A DNA stretch of 19,972 nt from Oligoflexales bacterium (GCA_044236265.1 JBIIGV010000050.1:1-19972); one strand, 5' to 3'; shown: positions 1 through 9,637, numbered from the stretch's first letter. Notes: generated by a model not told the origin, from the letters alone. Numbers and translations: made by a program.

Positions 1-9
1 GTTTGCCAT
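1..9 (-). CDS. nuoF: 5' end (M-A-N) of the next nuo gene, probably NADH-quinone oxidoreductase subunit F; truncated by window edge
   Basis: Minus strand reads TGAGGTGATAAG-ATG GCA AAC: a GAGGTG RBS overlapping the nuoE stop, ATG at 9. Identity inferred only from canonical nuoE-nuoF order. Confidence 0.5.
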
Positions 10-18
10 CTTATCACC

Positions 19-507
19 TCACTTCAATGGGGCATATTTTTCGAGAATTTGATCAACATTATCAACAGTCACCTTGTGATGACGGTCTTTATTGACAATG
101 ATCGCTGGGGCTTGGTCACAGACCCCCAAACACGGAACGCCAATCACTTCAAACGGAGTATTGTCGCCATGCTTTTCTTCTAGACGCTTCACATGACCTT
201 CAATCTTCTCAATCAACTCATCTGCGCCCATCATGCAGCAAACAATGTTGTCGCAAACTTGGATAGGATGTTTACGAGGTTTTTTCTGATAGTAGGCTTT
301 GTAAAAGGTCAAAACTTCTTTTACCTGGACGCGATCAAGGCCGTAAGAATTGTTAAGAGCCTCGATGTGCTTTTCCTCAACCCATCCGCATTCATCTTGA
401 ATGGCGTGTAAAACGGGCAAAATAGATGACCGCTTTGTCTCATAGCGCGTGAGTTCTTTTTTGATTTTTTCCTGGAGACCAGATGAAAACACGTTGCTGT
501 CACTCAT
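19..507 (-). CDS. nuoE: NADH-quinone oxidoreductase subunit E (24 kDa, 2Fe-2S)
   Basis: CDNIVC...CLGVCDQAP 2Fe-2S ligand pattern; SSILPVLHAIQDECGW and VLTFY motifs; directly downstream of nuoCD; AGAGGA RBS. Confidence 0.95.
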   Translation of the reverse strand: MSDSNVFSSGLQEKIKKELTRYETKRSSILPVLHAIQDECGWVEEKHIEALNNSYGLDRVQVKEVLTFYKAYYQKKPRKHPIQVCDNIVCCMMGADELIEKIEGHVKRLEEKHGDNTPFEVIGVPCLGVCDQAPAIIVNKDRHHKVTVDNVDQILEKYAPLK

Positions 508-524
508 AGTAACTACGTCCTCTA

Positions 525-2240
525 TTAACGGTCCAATTCACCGGCGATAATGTTGATTGTACCCAAGGTCGCCGCAATATCTGCAATCATGTCTCCTTGA
601 ACCAACTCGGAGACTGCCTGGAATATAGCAAAGCAAGGTGGACGACATTTGACGCGGTAAGGAACACCACTACCGTCTGAAACAACATAAAAGCCCAGCT
701 CACCGTTGGCCGCCTCATAGCCTTGGTATATCTCTCCAGCAGGAACCTTAACGCCATTGATCACTTGCATGAACTGGTTCATAAGGCCTTCGATATTGCC
801 GTAAACATCTTGTTTGTTTGGCAATACAATCGCTGGATCTTCGACGTCGATCGGACCGCTTGGAATATTATTCAAACATTGATCGAGGATCCGGCAACTT
901 TCCAAAATTTCTGCCATGCGCACCTGATAACGGTCGTAGCAGTCACCACGATCACCAACCGGAACGTCAAACTCCAACTGATCATAGCCATAGTAGGGAG
1001 CATACACACGCATATCAAGCGGAACACCTGATCCGCGCAAGCTCGGCCCTGTCCAACCCCAGTTAATCGCATTTTCAGCCGACATTTTCCCAACGCCGAC
1101 CATTCGTTTCACGAAGACACGGTTTTTTGTACACAGCAAATCAATCTCGCGGTGTGCCTGACGGATAGCCTTGATCACGTCGCGCGCTTCATCAACCCAC
1201 CCATCTGGAAAGTCAAAACCCATGCCACCGATTCTTGAGAGAGAGACTGTCAAACGAGCGCCGCAAAGCTTCTCGAAAAGAGTGTAAACGCGCTCACGAG
1301 CAGAAAATCCGAGCCAGAAGTTGGTGAGTCCACCCAAGTCAACCAAGTTGGTTGTGATACAGACGAGGTGATCAATACAACGGCTAAACTCATCCAAGAT
1401 CACGCGCATAGTTTGGGCTCGTGCAGGAATCGTAATCCCTAGCTGTTTTTCAATCGCACGGCACCAAGCGTTATTGTTAATCGGAGCAGAACAGTAATTG
1501 AGACGGTCAGTGTAGGGAATAATCTGATTGTAGTTGTGATTTTCACACATCTTCTCAAAGCAGCGGTGGAGATATCCGATTTCAACATCGCACTTTTCTA
1601 TCGTCTCACCAGATAGCACGGCCATGAATCGAAGAGTTCCATGCGTTGCAGGGTGAGCCGGGCCAATGTTGATCCAAACACGGTCTTCAAGAAAATCATC
1701 TTGAGTCTTGAGCATGCGTTCGCGATCTTTCTCGAACGTGTGATGCATCGGAGTCTTCAGCTCTTGATTTCGATCTGCAGGATAGTCTTTTCTAAGAGGG
1801 TGCCCGACGAAATCTTCGTGACACAAAATGCGACGAAGATTTGGGTGACCACTGAATTTCAAACCAAATAAGTCAAAGGCCTCGCGTTCAAACCAGTTGG
1901 CTGATTTATAAACGGGAGTCAGTGAGGGAATTTCGTCTGTCTGACCAACGCGCGATTTCATGCGAAGGCGCTGATTGTTATCTGGATTTACAAAGTGGTA
2001 AACAACTTCAAAACGCTTGTCGCGGTTTTGATAATCAACACCGCAGACATCAAGCAAATAAGGGAACTGCTTTTTAAGGTCACGCGCGACTTCAAGAACG
2101 TTACTGTGATTTACATAGATGGTATCTTCGTCGGTGAAGCGCTCGTTCTTCACATACTCAATTCCAGCCTGCGGAAATTTTGTCTTGAGCTCTTGGCTGA
2201 GAGTATCAACGTACCGAAGTTGACCAGATGAGTCGTACAT
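525..2240 (-). CDS. nuoCD: NADH-quinone oxidoreductase subunit C/D fusion
   Basis: NuoC motifs (ANWFEREAFDLFG, GHPNLRRIL, GHPLRKDYP) fused to NuoD motifs (NIGPAHPATHGTLR, GYLHR, DRLNY, GELGFY, GELDR). Start moved from 2294 to ATG 2240 because of the AAGGAG RBS upstream. Confidence 0.95.
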   Translation of the reverse strand: MYDSSGQLRYVDTLSQELKTKFPQAGIEYVKNERFTDEDTIYVNHSNVLEVARDLKKQFPYLLDVCGVDYQNRDKRFEVVYHFVNPDNNQRLRMKSRVGQTDEIPSLTPVYKSANWFEREAFDLFGLKFSGHPNLRRILCHEDFVGHPLRKDYPADRNQELKTPMHHTFEKDRERMLKTQDDFLEDRVWINIGPAHPATHGTLRFMAVLSGETIEKCDVEIGYLHRCFEKMCENHNYNQIIPYTDRLNYCSAPINNNAWCRAIEKQLGITIPARAQTMRVILDEFSRCIDHLVCITTNLVDLGGLTNFWLGFSARERVYTLFEKLCGARLTVSLSRIGGMGFDFPDGWVDEARDVIKAIRQAHREIDLLCTKNRVFVKRMVGVGKMSAENAINWGWTGPSLRGSGVPLDMRVYAPYYGYDQLEFDVPVGDRGDCYDRYQVRMAEILESCRILDQCLNNIPSGPIDVEDPAIVLPNKQDVYGNIEGLMNQFMQVINGVKVPAGEIYQGYEAANGELGFYVVSDGSGVPYRVKCRPPCFAIFQAVSELVQGDMIADIAATLGTINIIAGELDR

Positions 2241-2314
2241 GCCTGCTAAGCTCCTTAAAAAATTCCAAGCCGCGTTGTCTCGACTTGACCTCAATTTAGA
2301 GAGGACTCACAAAC

Positions 2315-2328
2315 CTGACAAATGTCAG
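2315..2328. promoter_or_regulatory. Palindrome CTGACA-AA-TGTCAG, candidate transcription-factor site in the nuoCD/aspS divergent region
   Basis: Perfect 6-bp inverted arms seen directly, 75-88 bp upstream of the nuoCD start. Confidence 0.35.
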
Positions 2329-2557
2329 AATTCAGTGGTGTTTTTGCCAAAAACTAACGCTAATACCCTACCACCGGCGGCCGGCATGGGCAAGCAAAGG
2401 GATCACCTCTTGGGCGAGCCTATTTTTTAATCAAATACATTGCTAAAACAACCCGTATGCGTTTAAGTGTTTCCCGCAGCGTCACGCTACTATAAAACGT
2501 TACCCTTAATGCGACTTCAGGCGCGTGAAAAACCCGCAAACCAAGGATCACACGGTC

Positions 2558-4381
2558 ATGACACAAGCAGCATCAATGTGGCACCGCACCCACACTTTGG
2601 GCGAATTAAACAAATCTCATGCGGGGCAGGACGTAATTCTGACCGGATGGATCAATCGTCACCGAGACCACGGGCAATTCATTTTTCTAGATCTTCGAGA
2701 CAGATATGGCATCACTCAAGCAGTCGTAGACCCCGAAAAAGCTCCAGCAGCCTACGAAATCGCGCGCTCACTTAGAGCAGAGTTCGTGGTGGCCATTAAA
2801 GGCAAGGTCAATCTACGCCCTGAAGGAATGATTAATAAAAACATGGTCACCGGCGAGGTAGACATCCTTGTGTCTGACATTCGCATTTTAAACAAATGTG
2901 ATGTGTTGCCATTTACTGTTCATGATGAATCCGAGGCGTCTGAAACTTTACGTCTAAAATACAGATACTTGGATCTTCGTCGCCCCACCCTTAAAAGTAA
3001 CATGATAAGTCGCAGCAAGTTTGTCCGCGAGATGCGTCGAGCCCTTGAAGATCGCGGCTTTATGGACATCGAAACTCCGTTTCTCTACAAGTCAACTCCA
3101 GAGGGCGCCAGGGAGTTTCTTGTCCCTTCGAGGATTCACACTGGACACTTCTACGCACTTCCGCAAAGCCCACAGTTATTCAAACAAGTTCTGATGATCA
3201 GCGGATTCGACCGCTACTATCAGATTGTAAAATGCTTTCGTGATGAAGACCTTCGCGCCGACCGGCAGCCCGAGTTCACTCAAGTTGATATTGAGATGAG
3301 CTTCGTTGACGAAGCTCTGGTGACCAACACTCTCGAAGCCGTCACAAAACAAACCGTCACAAAATTTTATGATGGAAACGTAAAACTTCCGGAAAAATTT
3401 CCTCGACACACGTATGCACAAGTTATGGAAGATTACGGCGTCGACAAACCAGACATGCGATTCGATTTGAAGCTTAAAAATATCACTGATCTCGCAGCGC
3501 AAACTAAGTTCACCATATTTAAAGACGCAGTGGGATCTGGCGGCATTGTGAACTGCATCGTCGTCCCGGGCGCAAGTGAGAAATTCAGCCGCAAAGATCT
3601 CGATGAACTATCTGAGTTGGCAAAACAGCATGGCGGCAAAGGCCTCGCATGGATCAAAAAGGCTGCAGGCGCTGGAGTTGCAAGCTGGAGCGGACCGATT
3701 GCCAAATTTTTTACAGATGAAAACTGTGCTGCGATTGAGGAGCGGGCCAATATTAAGCCCAATGACCTAATTCTCTTCGGAGCGGGAGACTACGACTCCA
3801 CCAAAGCGATGTTGGGCGCTGTGAGAAATAATCTCGGGGCAAAGCTTAAACTCTATGACCCGAAAGAGCTTTGTTTCCTTTGGGTCACCGAGTTCCCTCT
3901 TCTGGAAAAAGATAAAGAATCAAATCGTTGGCTTGCAAGACACCATCCTTTTACTTCGCCACGACCCGAAGATCTCCACTTAATGAAATCAGATCCTGGG
4001 AAGGTTCGCGCCTCGGCCTACGATTTGGTGTTAAACGGTTACGAGATCGCCGGTGGTTCGATTCGTATTCACGATCCCGATGTGCAGAAACTCCTGTTTG
4101 AAACCATCGGACTAACAGAGCAAGAGGCGCAAAGTAAATTTGGATTTCTTTTGGACGCACTCAAATTCGGAGCGCCTCCCCATGGCGGCATGGCTTTTGG
4201 AGTTGACCGAATGGTCATGTGTCTTACAGGCGCAGAAGCGATTCGAGATGTTATCGCGTTTCCAAAAACTCAAAAAGGCACTTGCCTCATGACAGGCGCC
4301 CCGAGCCTTGTATCGAATAACCAACTTAAGGACCTCCATGTCAAAGTTGATGGAGTGATCGAAGGAGCCGAACACTTATGA
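2558..4381 (+). CDS. aspS: Aspartate--tRNA ligase, likely non-discriminating tRNA(Asp/Asn) type
   Basis: RTHTLG/RDHG OB-fold, RLKYRYLDLRR, STPEGAREFLVPSR, ALPQSPQLFKQ, FRDEDLRADRQPEFTQ, HHPFT, GAPPHGG, IRDVIAFPK. Start ATG 2558 after AAGGA (alternative GTG 2525). Confidence 0.97.
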   Translation: MTQAASMWHRTHTLGELNKSHAGQDVILTGWINRHRDHGQFIFLDLRDRYGITQAVVDPEKAPAAYEIARSLRAEFVVAIKGKVNLRPEGMINKNMVTGEVDILVSDIRILNKCDVLPFTVHDESEASETLRLKYRYLDLRRPTLKSNMISRSKFVREMRRALEDRGFMDIETPFLYKSTPEGAREFLVPSRIHTGHFYALPQSPQLFKQVLMISGFDRYYQIVKCFRDEDLRADRQPEFTQVDIEMSFVDEALVTNTLEAVTKQTVTKFYDGNVKLPEKFPRHTYAQVMEDYGVDKPDMRFDLKLKNITDLAAQTKFTIFKDAVGSGGIVNCIVVPGASEKFSRKDLDELSELAKQHGGKGLAWIKKAAGAGVASWSGPIAKFFTDENCAAIEERANIKPNDLILFGAGDYDSTKAMLGAVRNNLGAKLKLYDPKELCFLWVTEFPLLEKDKESNRWLARHHPFTSPRPEDLHLMKSDPGKVRASAYDLVLNGYEIAGGSIRIHDPDVQKLLFETIGLTEQEAQSKFGFLLDALKFGAPPHGGMAFGVDRMVMCLTGAEAIRDVIAFPKTQKGTCLMTGAPSLVSNNQLKDLHVKVDGVIEGAEHL

Positions 4382-5343
4382 TGTCAACGACACTCAAAAC
4401 GTCTCTGACTTCATTCCCGATGGGACCACATATCCAGAAATGGATGAATGTGGGCGACGACCAGTACAAGGGCCATGGAAACACCAACCCCTCTGCAGAG
4501 GAGGTTGCTGTTTTCACGGAAGCATTTCTTGCGCGTCTTGAGGATGGCTCTCCCGATCACCGCGATCACCTTGTGGATCTTCTTGAAGAACTGGTGGGCA
4601 TGAATTTGCCTTTGCTTGCCATCAAATTGGTAGATGCATATCCCGATCTTTTTCCTCAAGACGATTTTCGTGCTCTGCTCCACCTCGGCAATGCCGCCAT
4701 GCTTGTCAGCGATCTGGCGCGCGCGGAGTCGGCCTTCATCGATGCTCAAAAACTTGTTCCAGAAGAACCAGCACCCTACGTCAATCTAGTTCAAATCTAT
4801 TGCCATGACGGACTGATGGATCAAGCTGAGCGCTGGTGCCAAGCAGGTCTTGATGCAGAGAGTGATAACACACGACTTTGGGAGCTAATTGCGTGGATTG
4901 AGCAACAAAAAATGGGAACAGACGAATTGGACGCAAAAGCTGTTGCTCAGCGTATTCGTTCTTTAGCAACCTCCAAAAACTCTTGGGCCGGACTGTCGTT
5001 AGCTAGTGAGCTAGAAAATCCGGAGGACGCACTTTCAAAAGTGTCTGTTCTAGAACCATTTTGGAGTGAGGGCTGCAGGGACGATGCGTTTCTAATCGAA
5101 TACACAGCGGCTCTCGGCATGGCTGGTAAGTACGATAAAATTCCTGCGATTATTTGGCAGGTTGAAACGCAAGAAACTAATAAAAAGTTGGCTTGGCAAC
5201 TTTACCTGCATCTCATTCAATCCTTCATGGGACTTGGGCGAGACGACGATGCGAGAGAAACCTTGAAAAAATTAGAACAAAGAAACGACCTGCCGGATGC
5301 CGCTATTAACGTGATCAACGCTCTCAAAAGCGAGCTAGGCTGA
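4378..5343 (+). CDS. Tetratricopeptide-repeat protein
   Basis: TPR-like helices (ALLHLGNAAMLVSDLARAESAFIDAQKLVPEEPAPYVNLVQIY; QAERWCQAGLDAESDN); ATGA overlap with the aspS stop. Confidence 0.8.
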   Translation: MMSTTLKTSLTSFPMGPHIQKWMNVGDDQYKGHGNTNPSAEEVAVFTEAFLARLEDGSPDHRDHLVDLLEELVGMNLPLLAIKLVDAYPDLFPQDDFRALLHLGNAAMLVSDLARAESAFIDAQKLVPEEPAPYVNLVQIYCHDGLMDQAERWCQAGLDAESDNTRLWELIAWIEQQKMGTDELDAKAVAQRIRSLATSKNSWAGLSLASELENPEDALSKVSVLEPFWSEGCRDDAFLIEYTAALGMAGKYDKIPAIIWQVETQETNKKLAWQLYLHLIQSFMGLGRDDDARETLKKLEQRNDLPDAAINVINALKSELG

Positions 5344-5536
5344 TCGCCCAAAATAGACCAGCGACCAGCTGCTATCGTAAAATATTTCTCAATAAATACA
5401 GGCGTTTATTTTTCCGTCATGTATCAATACGTAGGAAGCGGACCAGCGCCGGACTGCTAATATATTTAATTATATCAATAATTTTATGCAAAGTGGTTGA
5501 CATTTGATACCAATCGCGCTAATTCAGCGCTTGAAA

Positions 5537-5565
5537 GCGACATAATTCTATTGATTTTATAGAAT
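5537..5565 (+). promoter_or_regulatory. Candidate sigma70 promoter (GCGACA-17-TAGAAT) overlapped by inverted repeat ATTCTAT-N7-ATAGAAT
   Basis: Spacing counted directly; inverted repeat at 5545-5565; GGAG RBS at 5572 precedes ATG 5584. Confidence 0.35.
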
Positions 5566-5583
5566 CCATCTGGAGCCCCGCCC

Positions 5584-7077
5584 ATGAAAGCTTTAGTCGT
5601 CGATGATGATAGCACTCTGCGTCTCGTACTTCGTACCGTACTTGAGAAAAGAGGCTTTAAGGTTCTAGAGGCAGAAGATGGGCAGATGGGGCTTGAGCTC
5701 GTCCAGCGCCATCCCGACATCGGAGTCGCAATTCTTGATGTAAACATGCCGCGCATGAACGGTCTTGAGGCGCTAGCCAAAATCAAAGCTATCAACGCCT
5801 CCATTTTTTGTTTGATCGCTACTGCATACTCCAACATGAACGATGCGATCACCGCTATTAAACACGGCGCATATGATTATCTTCAAAAGCCAGTGGATCC
5901 AGACCGGCTGGCAAAGCTACTCGACAAGGCCACATCTGCGAACAACATGATTCTAGAGGCAAGCTTTTCCGCACCTAAATTGGAGTTTGACGAAGGTCGA
6001 ACCATCATCGGTGGAAGCTCGCAGTTGAAACAAGTATTCGACGTCATCTATAAGCTCGCTCGCGTCGACACTTCGGTATTGATTCGAGGCGAAAGCGGAA
6101 CGGGCAAAGAGTTAGTTGCTCGCGCTTTACATTTCAATAGTCATCGCAAACACGGGCCATTCGTCGCCATCAACTGCGCGGCTATTCCGGAAGCGCTACT
6201 GGAGAGCGAGCTGTTTGGACATGAAAAGGGTGCGTTCACCGGGGCTGATAAACGAAAAATTGGTAAATTCGGCCTAGCTGAAGGTGGAACACTATTCCTT
6301 GATGAGATCGGCGATATCAGTCCTGCCACTCAGGTGAAGTTGTTACGAGTTTTACAAGAGCGAGCGTATACACCAGTGGGTAGCGGCCAAGAAATCAAAG
6401 CGGATGTCCGTATAGTGACGGCCACACACAAACCATTGGAAAAAATGGTTGAGAAAGGTGATTTCAGATCAGACCTTTTCTTCCGTCTCAATGTACTACC
6501 TATTACTTTGCCCCCCCTTCGCGATCGTAAAGAAGATATCCATTTGTTGTCTCAATACTTGATCAAGAAGTTTAACAAGTCACACAAACGCAAGGTCACC
6601 TCAATTAGCGAACAGGCGATGAAACTACTGATGGCCCATCAGTGGCCAGGAAATATTCGCGAGCTTGAAAACGCCATCGAACGCGCCTTCATTATGGAGT
6701 CTGGAGACACGCTGCAGGCAGAGTCCTTCGATCTGCAGGCTTCATCGCAAGGCATGCTGATACCTGCATCCTCTGCAAGCGCCATGAAGCAATTACATTT
6801 CGCCACGCCCACGAGCTCAACCCCAGACTCGGGATCACCAGCTCAAAGTGAAGCAATTGCAAAAAGCAACGACACGAGCAGCCTTATACCCGATGGTCAG
6901 GAATTGAATTTCCCAATATTAAGAGAGCGATTTGAAAAGGAATTCATTATCAAAGCTCTAACTGCATACCGTGGCCGGATCAATCAGACGGCGGAGGCGA
7001 CCCAAATGACCAAGGTTACGCTTCTTAGGAAACTAGAAAAATATGGCATAGATGCCAAAGATTACTTCAAGATTTAA
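5584..7077 (+). CDS. Sigma54-dependent NtrC/AtoC-family response regulator (receiver + AAA+ + Fis-type HTH)
   Basis: Receiver (VVDDD, phosphoacceptor ILDVNMP, YLQKP); Walker [24 protein letters not shown]; Walker [28 protein letters not shown]-terminal HTH. Confidence 0.95.
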   Translation: MKALVVDDDSTLRLVLRTVLEKRGFKVLEAEDGQMGLELVQRHPDIGVAILDVNMPRMNGLEALAKIKAINASIFCLIATAYSNMNDAITAIKHGAYDYLQKPVDPDRLAKLLDKATSANNMILEASFSAPKLEFDEGRTIIGGSSQLKQVFDVIYKLARVDTSVLIRGESGTGKELVARALHFNSHRKHGPFVAINCAAIPEALLESELFGHEKGAFTGADKRKIGKFGLAEGGTLFLDEIGDISPATQVKLLRVLQERAYTPVGSGQEIKADVRIVTATHKPLEKMVEKGDFRSDLFFRLNVLPITLPPLRDRKEDIHLLSQYLIKKFNKSHKRKVTSISEQAMKLLMAHQWPGNIRELENAIERAFIMESGDTLQAESFDLQASSQGMLIPASSASAMKQLHFATPTSSTPDSGSPAQSEAIAKSNDTSSLIPDGQELNFPILRERFEKEFIIKALTAYRGRINQTAEATQMTKVTLLRKLEKYGIDAKDYFKI

Positions 7078-7112
7078 TGGTTACCGGAATTTTCGCGAAG
7101 CACGCTCCAGCA

Positions 7113-7121
7113 TGCTATAAT
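7113..7121 (+). promoter_or_regulatory. Extended -10 promoter element TGCTATAAT for the 821-aa gene
   Basis: Perfect TGnTATAAT in the 94-bp intergenic gap, 50 bp before ATG 7172. Confidence 0.5.
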
Positions 7122-7171
7122 TAAGAGATAAAATCTCAAAAATTTGTGCATGTTGGAAGCCAGGCTCGCTC

Positions 7172-9637
7172 ATGTCAATTTCTGAAACAAAAAAGCCATC
7201 TGGCGCAATAAGTTCGACGACCCTATCCCTCGTCAGACTCAGTCGATGGCACCATCTTACCCCTGAAACCTTAGCATTGGTTAAGGCAGAAGTTGCTAAA
7301 TCTTTGGGGCTGGAAGACACCTCAACAAACGCTGGCCTGCGAGAATCTTCTAGACCATACGGTGAGCAAGACCCCGCAAAATTGACACCTCAGATGCGAC
7401 ACCTGATTGGAGCCGGGGCTCCGTGGCACGTGATTTCGGATGTGTTGTGGCAGGATTTTAACTCTGGACCCAGTCCAATCAAGGCTGCTCGAATCCTGGA
7501 GACAGCGTTTGTGCAGGCATCACCCTCGGAGACGCTGGATATTTTCACGCGCATCATGTCCTCGGGGCTAAAAGGCTTTTATTGGTACCTCCACCCAAAA
7601 TTACGCGACTTCATCGTTGAACACGCACCAGAACAGCACCTTGATCATCTTTATTGGGTCATCGCTCGAGAAACCGATGAATCAAAACTTAGCGGCATCG
7701 AGATGAATTACATCTTCCTACGCGTTGCCATGACATCTGACAAAACAGCCGCTTGGATGTATTTCCGCAGGCATAAAAATAAAATTCTCGACGCATTCGG
7801 TAGCTCTAGACATTTTGGTTTAACCAAAAACCAGCTAGTTATGAAAGCTGGCGAGTTAGCTTTGAGTCTTGGATACAATGAAGATGCGAAGAATCTTTTC
7901 CAACTATTCCCACAGGATTCTAATGAGCGTGAAACCGCCGTTCAAATGCTACTTCGCTTTGAAAGTAATGTCGTAGATAGGGGTAAGAACAGTTATCTCG
8001 CGACTATCGATAATACACCAGAGTGGAAAGATCGCCTGAAGCTTCTCTCTAATTTCTGTGACAACCATCGAAAATTGGGATCGGTCCGTGACCCAAACAG
8101 GTCGTCTTTAGATCTACTTTTGAAATCAGTTCTGCAGTGGGTTCCAAAAAATCCCGAAGGCTGGCGAATGGTTGGCGACCTCATTATCCATCATCGCGAT
8201 CTCGCAAACTCCCTTCCTGGACTTTTAAAGCCTCTATTCGATAACGCTGTCATCTACCATGGACCGGATATTGATGCTGCTCTTTGGCACGCTTCGGGAA
8301 ACATCGAGCCCCGAAACTTCTTGGAACAGTATCTTGTGGCCACAGGCCTACTTCATAAATATGTAACCAATCCCCGCTTGGGAGAATCGTTGCTCTGGGA
8401 TGCGCAAAAGCTAATGATGCACCCCGACGCCGTCTCCTCAAACACACCATGGACATGGCGTGATTTACTAAAAACGGGATCTCAATGGCTAAATAATACG
8501 ACTTTACTTCTCGATCGCGACCGAAAGCGCGGGCTGGCGGCTCTTCGCCTGGCTCAGGACGGCGTCCTCGCGTCACAAGGTACTGTTGAAACATACCTCT
8601 CCCATTGTAGAAACATACCCGACGGCCTTATGCAATCGATTGCAAAGAATGCCACCGCCTCAGGAAACTTTGATTTCGCAAAAAATCTGATAGTAAAAAG
8701 CGGACATTCCCGGGCATTCACGAATAAAGACTTACTAAATCTCTGGAATATGGCTGTGCGGGGTGACAATCCTGATTTCTCATGGCGAGTTGCGACGATT
8801 CTGAGCTCACGCGACTCGCTGCCTGATTTGATCAAAAACTCCTGGGAAATAAGTGGCGAACGAAGAACAACGTACGTGCCGATCACGATCACGCAACAGG
8901 ATATAGAATGCGCATTGGCGCAGATAAGTCCGGTTACGAAGAAGATCTGCCTCGCTCTTTGTATCGTTGGTGGGCGCATTAATGATTTAGCCCAAATTAA
9001 TGGAGCCTCGAGCCATCATTCTCCACCGATGACGGGTAGCTCTGGTGCTGAATTAGGGATTATTAATGCTCTAAAAACTTGCCCAGTGTTACCAAAACCA
9101 ACCAAGTCAGTGGTGGAGGCGCGCGGCGTACACATGGTGCCAGAGATTTCAGCTCCCTTGGCTCAATCAATCATAAATGGCCCATGGCTTTTTGCCTTGC
9201 GAGTCTTAGCTGAGCGGTTATCCATTCCTGCTTGGGGTTGGAGTGTCAGCGTACTTCAGGAAATCACAAAATCAGTACTCCCTCTTATTGGAACGGAATC
9301 CTCGCAACGGAGCTCTCCTAAGCTTTCAAAATGGGTCTTAAGCCTGACATCACAGGAGCGGGCGGCCTGGGCTGAGGTTGCCAATTCCGGATCAGGAGAA
9401 TCCACTGAACAGATTTCTGCTGAGCTGACAAAATTCATATGCAGATTGGCACTTCTTGTTTATCCAAGCCATCTCCACGCCTTAAAAACACTTCAGCAAT
9501 TACGGATGTCTTTGGAAGTTCTTCGAGACTTAGAGTGGTTTGTACTTTGTGATGAAATATCTTCGTTCAGACTTCGCCACAACATTGCAAATCGAGTCGT
9601 GATACCAGAAACCTTGAAAAGCCATATTCAAATTTGA
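7172..9637 (+). CDS. Large alpha-helical hypothetical protein (one TPR-like unit; C-terminus reminiscent of myxobacterial TPR-protein terminal domain)
   Basis: 821-aa uninterrupted ORF with no signal peptide; KAGELALSLGYNEDAKNLFQLFP is TPR-like. Function not recognisable. Confidence 0.75.
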   Translation: MSISETKKPSGAISSTTLSLVRLSRWHHLTPETLALVKAEVAKSLGLEDTSTNAGLRESSRPYGEQDPAKLTPQMRHLIGAGAPWHVISDVLWQDFNSGPSPIKAARILETAFVQASPSETLDIFTRIMSSGLKGFYWYLHPKLRDFIVEHAPEQHLDHLYWVIARETDESKLSGIEMNYIFLRVAMTSDKTAAWMYFRRHKNKILDAFGSSRHFGLTKNQLVMKAGELALSLGYNEDAKNLFQLFPQDSNERETAVQMLLRFESNVVDRGKNSYLATIDNTPEWKDRLKLLSNFCDNHRKLGSVRDPNRSSLDLLLKSVLQWVPKNPEGWRMVGDLIIHHRDLANSLPGLLKPLFDNAVIYHGPDIDAALWHASGNIEPRNFLEQYLVATGLLHKYVTNPRLGESLLWDAQKLMMHPDAVSSNTPWTWRDLLKTGSQWLNNTTLLLDRDRKRGLAALRLAQDGVLASQGTVETYLSHCRNIPDGLMQSIAKNATASGNFDFAKNLIVKSGHSRAFTNKDLLNLWNMAVRGDNPDFSWRVATILSSRDSLPDLIKNSWEISGERRTTYVPITITQQDIECALAQISPVTKKICLALCIVGGRINDLAQINGASSHHSPPMTGSSGAELGIINALKTCPVLPKPTKSVVEARGVHMVPEISAPLAQSIINGPWLFALRVLAERLSIPAWGWSVSVLQEITKSVLPLIGTESSQRSSPKLSKWVLSLTSQERAAWAEVANSGSGESTEQISAELTKFICRLALLVYPSHLHALKTLQQLRMSLEVLRDLEWFVLCDEISSFRLRHNIANRVVIPETLKSHIQI

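Noticed and set aside
525..2240. Group 4 NiFe-hydrogenase large subunit
   Set aside because: No RxCxxC or DPCxxC metal-binding motifs; NuoD quinone-site residues present; followed by nuoE.
2241..2557. tRNA, riboswitch or T-box in the nuoCD-aspS gap
   Set aside because: No cloverleaf, T-box consensus or terminator/antiterminator structure recognised by eye.
5391..5413. Intrinsic terminator after the TPR gene (AATAAA...TTTATT followed by T run)
   Set aside because: Stem is almost entirely A-T and too weak to call.
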